DNA of 40,464 bases, taken from NCBI GenBank assembly GCA_964584035.1, contig CAZOYL010000006.1, forward strand, positions 1-40,464, in the 5' to 3' direction. The position numbers and the translations under genes are program-made. Shown here in pieces: positions 1 through 9,054 of the stretch. The notes beneath the pieces were generated by a model, which made no database searches, had not been told where the DNA came from, and saw only the letters and a list, made by a program, of their open reading frames with translations. Numbering within the stretch: position 1 is the stretch's first letter; every line of letters starts with the position of its first letter. The stretch is from an uncultured Gemmatimonadota bacterium. GTDB lineage: Bacteria > SM23-81.

Positions 1-575
1 CCGCCGATGATGGTGGCCATGAAGGCCTGCGAACCGAACTCCAGAGCATCCAGCATCTCCCATTGCTGCATTTCATCGGTCGGCTTGCCGAACAGGGTCA
101 GACCCAGTCCCCCCTGCTGGACCTCTCCCTCGGATCGATCGGTCAACAGGGCCGCTTCGACGCCCCGCTCACGGATGGAGAAGCTCACCATGACGCCGGC
201 CCGGTAGGATTGGTATCCCCCCAGCGTGGGCGTGGCGATGCCGAACCGGGAGATGCCGAACTCCTCGATCGTGCCGGAGATGATATAGCCGGCTTTCATC
301 GAGTCGAGCAGCGCTTCTCGAGAACAGCCGGAGTCGGGCACGGCATTCTTCAGAGCTGTCCACGCCGATATGGCGGAGTCCGGTTTGACCACCCAATAGC
401 CCGGCACGGCGCTCAACCGTTGTGACAACAACCGCGACAGCCCTGCTCCGACATCCCACCGGCCATCAAAACCGCTGTGGTCCTCAAAGGACAGCACGGC
501 GATGGTATGGTCGGCAAAAGTTGGAGCACAGAGGAATAGGATCAGGACAGCCAGAGAGAAAATATGTTTGCGCAT
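1..575 (-). CDS. CsgG/TolB-N-like exported protein, partial (runs off the left edge)
   Basis: Not in the ORF track because its stop lies outside the window. Manual translation from ATG 575 gives MRKHIFSLAVLILFLCAPTFA|DHTIAVLSFEDHSGFDGRWDVGAGLSRLLSQRL...AGYIISGTIEEFGISRFG...LEFGSQAFMATIIG. Signal peptide plus 'IAVLxF' and 'YIISGTIEEF' resemble the CsgG-like fold. Confidence 0.7.
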   Translation of the reverse strand, partial: MRKHIFSLAVLILFLCAPTFADHTIAVLSFEDHSGFDGRWDVGAGLSRLLSQRLSAVPGYWVVKPDSAISAWTALKNAVPDSGCSREALLDSMKAGYIISGTIEEFGISRFGIATPTLGGYQSYRAGVMVSFSIRERGVEAALLTDRSEGEVQQGGLGLTLFGKPTDEMQQWEMLDALEFGSQAFMATIIG

Positions 576-627
576 ATCCACCAACCGAAGAACAGATAAT
601 AGAACCTTCGAAAAGTTTCCAATAAAG

Positions 628-656
628 AACATAATGATAGCCGTCCAGGAAGTCAA
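628..656 (-). promoter_or_regulatory. putative sigma70 promoter for the CsgG-like gene
   Basis: TTGACT-17 nt-TATGTT on the minus strand, about 50 nt upstream of ATG 575. Confidence 0.5.
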
Positions 657-761
657 TACGATGGCAGAACGACGCGTTTTCCGGTGCAGCCTTCCTGCAC
701 ATCCCACATCCTATCAGCCGATTCTCTTCTGTTCAGCGAAGAATCAGGTTCTTTCTTTGCA

Positions 762-1598
762 CTATATCGACGATGCTGGCTTCGCCTTCGCCGGCTCTGT
801 TCTTATATGCACCACCTGCTGCGGGAAGGGGATCTCGATGCCGTGCTCATCCAGCGTTTCCTTGACCTTACGGGTAAGATCGAAGAACACGTCCCAGTAA
901 TCCTGCCGTTTGACCCAGGCGCGGGCCACCAGGTTGACACTGGAGTCGGCCAGGGCTGTGACGGCCACCATGGCCGCCGGCTCCGGGAGGATGCGATCGT
1001 CGGACCGGACGATGTTCATGATCACATCGAAGGCCTTCTGGATGGGGGCATGGTAACTGATGCCCACCTCTATGCTGATCCGGCGGGTGTCAAAGGCGGT
1101 GAAGTTCTTGATGACGTCGCCGAAGATCTTGCTGTTGGGCACGATGATCTTGACGTTATCGGGAGTGGCCAGGACGGTGGTGAACAGCTTGATATCCTTC
1201 ACCGATCCGGACACACCGGCCGCGTCGATATAGTCATCGACCTTATACGTCCGGAAGGCCAGGATCATCACACCGGCGGCGAAGTTCGACAGGGAACCCT
1301 GCAGAGCGAAGCCGATGGCGAAGGTGGCGGCGCCCAGCACAGCCACCAGGGAGGCCGTCTCCACGCCGAATTTCTGCAGCACGGCAATGATGACGAAGAC
1401 GATGACCAGGGCATAGACCATGCTGCTCGCGAAGGAGACGATCGATTCGTCCGTATTCGCCCTCCGCAGCAGCTTTCTGGCGACCTTTCGCAGTACCCCG
1501 GCGATAATCCGGCCGATGATCAGAATGAGGATGACGCCGATCACCTTCAGGCCGTATTCGGTGGCGAACAGGGTGAGCTTCTCCATGACCGCTTCCAT
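762..1598 (-). CDS. mscS: small-conductance mechanosensitive channel MscS
   Basis: Three TM segments, 'AIGFALQGSLSNFAAGVMIL', 'IIVPNSKI' and the C-terminal 'GIEIPFPQ'. Confidence 0.95.
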   Translation of the reverse strand: MEAVMEKLTLFATEYGLKVIGVILILIIGRIIAGVLRKVARKLLRRANTDESIVSFASSMVYALVIVFVIIAVLQKFGVETASLVAVLGAATFAIGFALQGSLSNFAAGVMILAFRTYKVDDYIDAAGVSGSVKDIKLFTTVLATPDNVKIIVPNSKIFGDVIKNFTAFDTRRISIEVGISYHAPIQKAFDVIMNIVRSDDRILPEPAAMVAVTALADSSVNLVARAWVKRQDYWDVFFDLTRKVKETLDEHGIEIPFPQQVVHIRTEPAKAKPASSI

Positions 1599-1628
1599 AG
1601 CACTCCCTCGTGATTTTTGACTGACCTA

Positions 1629-2084
1629 TCAGGATCCGCTGAGCTGTGAGGTGCAAAAGGCGCAGCGTGTGGCCTTGATGGGTATGGTGGAAAAGCAATG
1701 CGGACAGTCTTTGGTGGTCGGTTCAGCCGGCGGCGCTTCTTCCTTTTTCTTCATCCTGACGAAGTTGCGGACGATCATAAAAACACAGAATGCGATGATC
1801 AGAAAGGTGATGATATGGTTGATGAACATGCCGTAATTGATCGAGACCGCCCCAGCCTCCTTGGCGTCCATCAGGGCAGCATAGGGACCGGCGGTGGCTC
1901 CTTGCTTGAGGACGATGAACAGGTTGGTGAAATCCACGTTGCCCAACAATAAACCGATGGGCGGCATAATGATATCCTCGACCAGGGACTTCACAATGGT
2001 GGCGAAGGCCGCGCCGATAATGATACCCACCGCCATGTCCAGCACGTTTCCGCGCAGGGCGAATTCTTTAAAATCCTTCATCAT
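1629..2084 (-). CDS. mscL: large-conductance mechanosensitive channel MscL with C-terminal CxxC...CxxC ribbon
   Basis: 'FKEFALRGNVLDMAVGIIIGAAF', 'INYGMFIN..ITFLIIAF', tail 'CPHC...RCAFCTS'. Confidence 0.96.
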   Translation of the reverse strand: MMKDFKEFALRGNVLDMAVGIIIGAAFATIVKSLVEDIIMPPIGLLLGNVDFTNLFIVLKQGATAGPYAALMDAKEAGAVSINYGMFINHIITFLIIAFCVFMIVRNFVRMKKKEEAPPAEPTTKDCPHCFSTIPIKATRCAFCTSQLSGS

Positions 2085-2206
2085 GATAATGCCTCCCGGT
2101 TACGGTTCAAACCCGAACTGCAATCACCAGGTAAAGGTTATATAAATGGTGACATCACCTCCTCGCTGGCCGATGACTATTCCCACGGGCCGAATGCCCC
2201 CTGGCG

Positions 2207-3088
2207 TCAGCCCAATTTATAGGTAAATCCCAGTGAGAGGGTTTGCTTGAAACGCCCCCCCTTATCCACTTCCTTGTCGTAGAGAAGCTGGTTGTAAAGA
2301 TTCACCATCAGATACTTGGTGATACCGACGGTCAGGATGTTTTCCCAGTTGACGTCCGGAGATTTCCAGTAATCCGCGTTCGGCTGCCCTTTGAGCTCAT
2401 CCGATTTCGAGGAGAACAGCGCCTGGAAGACGGTCAGCTTGTTGCTAACCGAAATCCTCTCGCCGGCCAGGGGCGATTTCAGCTCGCTGACGAACTCGAT
2501 GCCGCCATCATTGGAGGTCTGCGTCTGGCGTTGGTCCGTATCGACGAGAACGTCGCGATCGACGAACTGCCTCAGCGCGCCGCCCAGGCGGGTCGACCAC
2601 TCCCGCTTGTCCTCTTTCATCAGGTAGCGGATGACACCGAAACTCTCGGTGAATTTCAGGGGATTGAGATAACGGCCCTTCGCCGGATCACTGGCATCCA
2701 GAAACTGGCTCTCCACATGGCCGGCGGCGAAGGGATCCACAAATCCGCCCAGCGTGAAATTGAAAAGCGTCTCAAAATCTATCAGGTCCGTCGATTTCTC
2801 CGGGCTGGCCCAATCCTTCGAATCCGCATCTTGACTGTGCGTTTGCCCGAACGAGAGCTTGAGGGCATTCTTGTTATGAATGAGGGGCTGAAGCTGCTTT
2901 TCGGCCAGCCAATTGGAGTTAAAAGCCCAGGTGATGTTGCCGGCTTCCCCCCCGACCCAATTATTACTGTAGGCCGTCTGAGCCAGGGTCAAATTGACAT
3001 CCGCGGTCAGAGTCCACGGATCCGCCGTGGAGACCGGCGGGCAGCAGCACAGGGCCGCAATGGCGAGAGCAGAAGCGAACCTCTTCAT
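2207..3088 (-). CDS. DUF3078-like outer-membrane beta-barrel protein
   Basis: Signal peptide, 'QTAYSNNWVGG', 'KSTDLIDFE', 'YDKEVD..RFKQTLSLGFTYKL' with an amphipathic terminal strand. Confidence 0.75.
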   Translation of the reverse strand: MKRFASALAIAALCCCPPVSTADPWTLTADVNLTLAQTAYSNNWVGGEAGNITWAFNSNWLAEKQLQPLIHNKNALKLSFGQTHSQDADSKDWASPEKSTDLIDFETLFNFTLGGFVDPFAAGHVESQFLDASDPAKGRYLNPLKFTESFGVIRYLMKEDKREWSTRLGGALRQFVDRDVLVDTDQRQTQTSNDGGIEFVSELKSPLAGERISVSNKLTVFQALFSSKSDELKGQPNADYWKSPDVNWENILTVGITKYLMVNLYNQLLYDKEVDKGGRFKQTLSLGFTYKLG

Positions 3089-3218
3089 GATCGCCTCCCT
3101 TATGAGAGCGTAAAACGGATTGAACGGCCGTCAGAAAGAAACTTGATACAGAGATCGATCATCAAATACTTGGTGATATCGGCCGTGAAATCACTTCCCC
3201 TTTTTTACAAAAAAACGA

Positions 3219-3251
3219 TAAACAAAGGGCGGACACATGGAGTCCGCCCTT
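3219..3251 (-). terminator. intrinsic terminator after the sigma gene
   Basis: Stem AAGGGCGGAC / GTCCGCCCTT (3225-3251) followed by a T-rich run on the minus strand. Confidence 0.7.
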
Positions 3252-3302
3252 GAAACGATAGAAGCGTCCATCTTTTTCCCGCAGCCGGCAAGGAACGGCC
3301 CG

Positions 3303-4133
3303 TTACTCGAGATACGGCCTCAAAGCCCTGCTGCGGGAAATGTGACGAAGCCGCGAGATGGCTTTATTGCGGATCTGGCGTACTCGCTCGCGGGTCAGGT
3401 TCATCCGGTCCCCGATCTCTTCCAGAGTCAGGGAATCATCCCGGTCGATGCCGAAATACAGCCTGATGACCTGCGATTCACGGCCCTCCAGGGTCGACAG
3501 ACTGTTCTTGACCTGAGAGATGAGACTATCCTTCCACAGGCTGCGGTCGGGAGACGGCTGGCTGTCATCCACCAGCAGACTCTTCAGATCCTCCTTGCTG
3601 TCATCTCTCAAAGGCGCATCGAGCGACAGGTAAACCTTCGACAGGGCCAGGGTGCTGGACACGTTCTCCTCTTCCGTGCCCAGCTTTTTGGCCACTTCAT
3701 CACATTTCGGATCCCGGTGCAATTTCTGCTGCAGGCGGCTCGATTCCCGTTGAATCTTATGCAGCTGGCCGATCTTGTTCTGCGGCAGCCGAACGATCCG
3801 CGACTGCTTGGCCAGTGCCGCCAGGATGGCCTGCCGAATCCACCACACGGCATAGGAGATGAACTTGAAACCCTTGGTGCCATCGAAGCGCTTGGCCGCT
3901 TCGATCAGGCCGACATTGCCCTCGGCCACCAGGTCGGCCAGTGAAAGGCCCTGACCCTGGAATTGCCGGGCAACGCTGACCACGAAACGAAGGTTCGCCT
4001 CCACCAGTTTTTTCAGGGCCTCGCGATCTCCGCTTTTGATGCGCCCGGCCAGTTCAGCCTCCTGCTCGGCCGTAATAAGTGGCAGATCCTGCAGATCCCG
4101 CAGATACCGTTCGAAAGCTTTGCGATCATCCAT
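3303..4133 (-). CDS. RpoD/SigA-family sigma-70 factor, short form without region 1.1
   Basis: 'LVEANLRFVVSVA', 'DLVAEGNVGLIEAAKRFD..KGFKFISYAVWWIRQAI', region 4 'TLEEIGDRMNLTRERVRQIR'. Confidence 0.95.
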   Translation of the reverse strand: MDDRKAFERYLRDLQDLPLITAEQEAELAGRIKSGDREALKKLVEANLRFVVSVARQFQGQGLSLADLVAEGNVGLIEAAKRFDGTKGFKFISYAVWWIRQAILAALAKQSRIVRLPQNKIGQLHKIQRESSRLQQKLHRDPKCDEVAKKLGTEEENVSSTLALSKVYLSLDAPLRDDSKEDLKSLLVDDSQPSPDRSLWKDSLISQVKNSLSTLEGRESQVIRLYFGIDRDDSLTLEEIGDRMNLTRERVRQIRNKAISRLRHISRSRALRPYLE

Positions 4134-4250
4134 TGGGACCTCCGCTTCCGAGGCGGTGATAATGACTCCAAATCCATTGACGATTCATCATATCGACTCC
4201 ACATGCATCAATAGTGAACGGTGCAACGGTCACACGCAGCGGCGAGCGTC

Positions 4251-4811
4251 TCAGGTTTCTCGCAGGGCTCGTGTGATATGATATTGCGCCACTTTGGCCA
4301 GATCGGAAGTCCTGTCGAGTTTAATCACCTGGCGCCACATCTCCAGGGCCAGATCCTGTTTTTCCACGTCCTGGTAAAGAAGCCCCAGAAAATAGTATGC
4401 CGCCCCGTCCCGAGGATTGTGATCGATGATCCGGCGATAGAGATCTTCGGCCTGTTCGAAGTGTCCCGATCGGCTGGCGGTAAAGGCCTGGATGTAAAGA
4501 GACCTCGCCGGACGAGGCGCCCCCTTAAGGACACGATCGGCGAGGTGATCGTCGCTCTGGTACATTCCGGGATTTTCAGAACCTGCGCCGGCCGTCCCAT
4601 CCGTTTCCTCCCGGTGAGCGGCTAAGCGGTGCTTCGGGCCGAGCCGACAGGCTTCGATAAAATCGTCCAATGCCGTTCTCTTGAAGCGATAACGGCCGGC
4701 GATACGGTACGTGGTGATGCGATGATGCTTGATATAACGCCGCAGTGTGACAGCGCTAATCCCAAGATAATCAGCAGCTTCTTGTATGGAATACCATTGC
4801 TCCGGAGCCAC
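4251..4811 (-). CDS. excisionase-like HTH (HTH_17/BldC-type) DNA-binding protein with C-terminal TPRs
   Basis: 'YSIQEAADYLGISAVTLRRYIK..RI..YRIAGRYRF' followed by TPR-like 'AYYFLGLLY..ALEMWRQVIKLD'. GTG start with AGGAG RBS. Confidence 0.85.
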   Translation of the reverse strand: MAPEQWYSIQEAADYLGISAVTLRRYIKHHRITTYRIAGRYRFKRTALDDFIEACRLGPKHRLAAHREETDGTAGAGSENPGMYQSDDHLADRVLKGAPRPARSLYIQAFTASRSGHFEQAEDLYRRIIDHNPRDGAAYYFLGLLYQDVEKQDLALEMWRQVIKLDRTSDLAKVAQYHITRALRET

Positions 4812-4862
4812 CGGATATCTCCTGACATCACTATTGATCGTTGTTGATCATTTTTCACCTGC

Positions 4863-4891
4863 ATTATACCGTCCTATCTTCCTTTTGTCAA
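4863..4891 (-). promoter_or_regulatory. consensus sigma70 promoter for the HTH-TPR gene
   Basis: Exact TTGACA-17 nt-TATAAT on the minus strand. Confidence 0.85.
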
Positions 4892-5047
4892 GTCTTTTTT
4901 TGCTCATATTGAATTTTTTTCCTGCATTCCACATCCGGCTGCACCGGGTCCCTGTTCGCCGACCATGGTTCGAAAAGATGTCACCGGCGCCGCTCGACCG
5001 GCGGCCAAGTGCTGGCCTTTGACACCCCTCTCCACGAGAAATAGACA

Positions 5048-5075
5048 TTGACATTCTCGCCACAGAAAGTATCTT
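5048..5075 (+). promoter_or_regulatory. putative sigma70 promoter for the 5307 gene
   Basis: TTGACA-16 nt-TATCTT; implies a leader of about 225 nt. Confidence 0.5.
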
Positions 5076-5306
5076 TCGGAAGGCCGACGACACGTTATGC
5101 TCTTTCGTTTTCGAGTGGACAAGGCCGCCCGTCATCCTGGAGACCTCGCTGAACTATAGAAATCTGTTTGGTTCGATCGAACGAGTCATAGATCGCCGCG
5201 GCATCTGGCGTACGGATTTTACCCGCATCAAGACCATATTCGATAATATGATGCCACTGAACGACAAAGCCATCTTTCAGTATGCCTCTTTTATCAGGAG
5301 GAAACC

Positions 5307-7610
5307 GTGCCGATCAGATGGCTGCTGATCCCGTTCATTCTCCTGGCGCTGACACTCCCTGCCCGTGCTCAGGTAGAGGAATACGCTGTTCAGGTCAGCG
5401 CCGAGGTGCAGGAAGATCCGCCGCGGATCACCTTCTCCTGGCCTTTCGATCCGACGGCCGAACAGTATTACGTCTACAAAAAAACGAAAGCCGATACCTG
5501 CTGGGGAGACCTCATCGCCCGGCTGGATGGCTCGGTCGTGGGATTCGCGGATTCTGAGACCGGCATCGGCCAGGCCTACGAGTATGCCTTTTACAAGAAT
5601 CTGCAGTCCTTTTCCGATACGGTCGTGGTACCCAACGGGACATCGGTTATCTTCACTATCCGAGATTCCTGGGGCGATGGCCTGTGCTGCGATCGCGGCG
5701 TTGGTTCCTACCGAGTGGCCGGCTATGAAACGACCTATGTTAGCGGAGGCGATTTCGGCACCCATGAATCGACCCTCTTTATGGTTGACGGAGGGGATAC
5801 TTCCTCTCAGGATAATATCGTCGTATCGATCACGCTGGATATCTTCGGGGAGGAGACCACCTGGGAGCTGGTGGAATATCCTTCCGGTACCACATTCGCA
5901 TCGGGAGGCCCCTACGAATCGCCAAGATTCGGACACATCTTCGCCGGCATCCACTATCCGCTGACAGAGAACCGGGGCACCGTTCTGCTGCTGGTCGATG
6001 ATGCCCTATCCGACTTATTGTCCGGGGAACTGAACAGGCTTGAAACCGACTTGATCTGTGACGGCTGGCGCGTCAGGCGCCTATACGCCAGCCGGGCCGA
6101 TCCGGTCAGTCTCATCAAAGAACGGATCACCGACGAGAGCGCCGGCGACGAGACCATCACGACCGTGTTTCTATTGGGACACATTCCGGTGCCCTATTCC
6201 GGCAATGTCATGGCCGCTCATTCCGATCATCGCGGCGCCTATCCGGCCGATGTGTATTACGCCGAGCTGGACGGCGACTGGACGGACGACTCGATCACCA
6301 ATACCACGGCCAGCCGGCCGCAGAATCACAATGTGCCCGGTGACGGCAAGTTCGACCAGACCCTGATCCCCTCCGATGTCGATCTGTGCATCGGGCGGGT
6401 GGATCTCATCGATCTGCCGGCCTTCCCGGCCGGCGAGGTGGAACTGTTGCGGCGGTATCTCGACAAGAACCATGCTTTCCGCTGCGGCCTCAATGGCGCT
6501 CAGCGGAGGGGACTGATTGATGACAATGTCGGCGTCTTGTGGGGTTTGGCCATCACCGGCATCGGTCTGCGGAATTTCTCAGCCATGTTCGGAGCCTCCC
6601 AGATTCATCATGTCGATTATTTCAGCACCATGGAAGAGGAAAGCTACCTGTGGTCTCAGGGATGCGGCGGAGGCAGTTATGTATCCTGCAGCGGGGTGGG
6701 CACCACCTATGATTTTGCCTCCGAGACGGTCCGGACGGTCTTCACCATGCTGTACGGCAGCTATTTCGGCGACTGGGACAGCACCAATAATCTTCTGCGG
6801 GCTTCTCTGGCCTCACAGAATTCCGTATTGACCTGCTGTTTCGCCGGTGCCCCGGCCTGGCATTATCATCACATGGCCCTGGGAGAGACTATCGGGTACA
6901 GCGCCAGGCTGACCCAGAATAACGCCTCACTGTACGCCCCGACGGACCGGGCCAGGCAGATCCACATCGCCCTGCTGGGCGATCCCACCCTGCGGATGCA
7001 CGTGGTCCTGCCGCCGTCGCACCTGAACATCGAACCAATCGACCGGATCGCGCGGCTGAGCTGGGTTTCATCCGCGGACATCATCGAGGGCTATCACGTG
7101 TATCGATCCAATGCCCTGCACGGCGATTTTTCACGTCTCACCGTGAACCTCATCGCGGATACGGTTTATGTCGACCCGGCCCCGCTGGATGGAAACAATA
7201 TCTATATGGTCCGGGCGGTGAAGCTGGAGACGACCGCAAGCGGAAGCTATTTCAACCCCAGCCAGGGGATACTGGATTCGGTCTTCATCCCGGCCACCGA
7301 TGTGCAGGAATCAAATAAGACCGGTGCCGATCGATATACCCTGCTGCAAAATTACCCGAATCCCTTCAATGTGTCGACGGCCATCAGATTCTCGCTCGAT
7401 CAGAGGACAGGAGTGAAGCTCAGCGTTTTCAATATTGCCGGCCAATTGGTCACAACGCTCCTGTGCGAACAAAAAGAGCAGGGATCTCATCTGGTAGCAT
7501 GGAATGGACGGGATGAGAGCGGTGCGGCGGTGGGCAGCGGTGTGTATCTTTACCGATTGATCACCGGAGATGGTTTTACGAGCACACGGGCAATGGTGCT
7601 GCTGAGATAA
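5307..7610 (+). CDS. secreted multidomain protein: FN3-like, peptidase C25-like domain, FN3, C-terminal T9SS/FlgD-like sorting domain
   Basis: Signal peptide. 'VFLLGHIPVPYSG', 'PADVYYAELDG', 'IGRVD' and 'LLGDPTLR' match the gingipain-like fold. C-terminus 'QNYPNPFN..T.IRF..WNGRDESG..VGSGVYLYRL..MVLLR'. Confidence 0.8.
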   Translation: MPIRWLLIPFILLALTLPARAQVEEYAVQVSAEVQEDPPRITFSWPFDPTAEQYYVYKKTKADTCWGDLIARLDGSVVGFADSETGIGQAYEYAFYKNLQSFSDTVVVPNGTSVIFTIRDSWGDGLCCDRGVGSYRVAGYETTYVSGGDFGTHESTLFMVDGGDTSSQDNIVVSITLDIFGEETTWELVEYPSGTTFASGGPYESPRFGHIFAGIHYPLTENRGTVLLLVDDALSDLLSGELNRLETDLICDGWRVRRLYASRADPVSLIKERITDESAGDETITTVFLLGHIPVPYSGNVMAAHSDHRGAYPADVYYAELDGDWTDDSITNTTASRPQNHNVPGDGKFDQTLIPSDVDLCIGRVDLIDLPAFPAGEVELLRRYLDKNHAFRCGLNGAQRRGLIDDNVGVLWGLAITGIGLRNFSAMFGASQIHHVDYFSTMEEESYLWSQGCGGGSYVSCSGVGTTYDFASETVRTVFTMLYGSYFGDWDSTNNLLRASLASQNSVLTCCFAGAPAWHYHHMALGETIGYSARLTQNNASLYAPTDRARQIHIALLGDPTLRMHVVLPPSHLNIEPIDRIARLSWVSSADIIEGYHVYRSNALHGDFSRLTVNLIADTVYVDPAPLDGNNIYMVRAVKLETTASGSYFNPSQGILDSVFIPATDVQESNKTGADRYTLLQNYPNPFNVSTAIRFSLDQRTGVKLSVFNIAGQLVTTLLCEQKEQGSHLVAWNGRDESGAAVGSGVYLYRLITGDGFTSTRAMVLLR

Positions 7611-7626
7611 AGTGCCATCCCGGCGG

Positions 7627-7660
7627 AAAAAAAAAGGGGGCAGGTTTTAAACCCGCCCCC
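7627..7660 (-). terminator. intrinsic terminator between convergent genes
   Basis: GGGGGCGGGTTTAAAACCTGCCCCC hairpin followed by T9 on the minus strand. Confidence 0.8.
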
Positions 7661-7688
7661 GTAAGCGTCACGTCCATCCTGTCTCCTC

Positions 7689-8378
7689 TTACTTCCCCTT
7701 CCCGAAAATGACCCCTAAGGACAGCGAGAAATCAGGACTGCTGTAGTTTTTCTCGGCGCCAATACGATTGTTGAAATCCTCCACAAAATGATAACCGGCG
7801 CTTACTCCGAGGATAAAGAGTCTGCTGATCGACAGATCAACGCCTGCACCAAGGCGCGACCCCAGTGCCGTTTCCGAATAGGACTCTCTTCTGGTGTCGG
7901 TTCCCGAGCGAACCTTTGAAGTAAATCCTATATAGGGCCCGACAGATGCCGAGACAAAGGGTCTCATGACATCACCGATGGGTCTCCGGAATGGGCTGTA
8001 TTTCACACCAAACAGCAGAGGGACGACGGTCGATGTTTCCATGAATGTCCTTGAACCATCCACCGATGTGCTCGCATCCACATCGAGTGCGCCTGAAGTA
8101 ATATGAATACTCACCTGTTCTTCAAGCCAGTGGGTATAGGTGATCGATCCGATAAAACCATTGGCCTCACTCTCGGTCGTGGTGCTGCCTGCAGACACCA
8201 TCGTCGCAGAACGGAATTTGCTCAGCAACCCCAGACTCAATTCGATAGCATGTTTGCCACGGATCGAGCAGGCGGAAGATTGGCCGGCAGCTTCCGCCTT
8301 CTCATCGAGCCACACGTTTTGCAATAAAAGTGAGAGCGGAATAATGAGCAAGCACAGAAAGGTTTTACATGTGGTCAT
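7689..8378 (-). CDS. OmpW-like 8-stranded outer-membrane beta-barrel protein
   Basis: Signal peptide, alternating strands, 'VVPLLFGVKY', 'RPFVSASVGPY', 'GAGVDL', terminal 'FSLSLGVIF'. Confidence 0.75.
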   Translation of the reverse strand: MTTCKTFLCLLIIPLSLLLQNVWLDEKAEAAGQSSACSIRGKHAIELSLGLLSKFRSATMVSAGSTTTESEANGFIGSITYTHWLEEQVSIHITSGALDVDASTSVDGSRTFMETSTVVPLLFGVKYSPFRRPIGDVMRPFVSASVGPYIGFTSKVRSGTDTRRESYSETALGSRLGAGVDLSISRLFILGVSAGYHFVEDFNNRIGAEKNYSSPDFSLSLGVIFGKGK

Positions 8379-8616
8379 GACGGATCCTCCTGATATGGTA
8401 ATGACCGGGCAGCAATCACTCGACCTTTTCTTCTATGACATATACGACGGAAAAGTTTCAATTGTTACTAGGAAAAACAGCCATTCAGACGAAGATGTCC
8501 CTCGTGGTGTTCGCTGTTAAAAAGACCTTGATTTCTCACAGCCTGTTGATTTAATTATCATCGGCTTCCGGTTGATCCAGTGCGAATCGGGCGATGACAC
8601 ATTCAGGCGGTCCGAA

Positions 8617-9012
8617 ATGAAAAAGACTCCCGTATCTCTTCTTTTGATCTTATCGGTCTTCATCCTCTTCTGTGCCACCTCTCCGGCCCACCGCTTTACT
8701 CATACCTATTCTGTCCCGCAGGCCCTGCGGTTCGTTCGACAGGCCCTTATAGACCGGGGCTACCGGATCGCTATTTTCGACACCGCTGCCGGGATCATCA
8801 AAACGGAGAGAAAAACGCACACGGCAGAGGATGGACGCCAGGTGAGCTATCAGATCTCGGTCACGGTAGTCACCACCGACGAGCTGCTCATCAAGGTCCT
8901 CCCGGCCTCGGCCCGCCACGCGGCCGATCAGATTCTGGCGCCTATGATCACATCGCTGCAGGCGATGGGCTTCAGGCCGGAACGCCCCGCCGCCTCACCA
9001 CCAAACCTCTAA
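8617..9012 (+). CDS. small exported hypothetical protein
   Basis: ATG 8617 after AGGCGG. Signal peptide MKKTPVSLLLILSVFILFCA; 'GYRIA.FD.AAGIIKTE' suggests an alpha/beta periplasmic fold. Confidence 0.6.
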   Translation: MKKTPVSLLLILSVFILFCATSPAHRFTHTYSVPQALRFVRQALIDRGYRIAIFDTAAGIIKTERKTHTAEDGRQVSYQISVTVVTTDELLIKVLPASARHAADQILAPMITSLQAMGFRPERPAASPPNL

Positions 9013-9054
9013 CCGCCTGGATACCCCGGGATCCGCGGCAGCTCCGCCTGTCTC

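Noticed and set aside
4251-4811. Excisionase as a marker of a prophage or integrative element
   Set aside because: No integrase, tRNA/att site or phage genes nearby; the TPR fusion fits a regulator better.
5076-5306. Riboswitch or leader peptide (20-codon ORF at 5097-5159) in the long leader
   Set aside because: I see no recognisable aptamer, terminator or RBS; an Rfam/Infernal scan would be needed.
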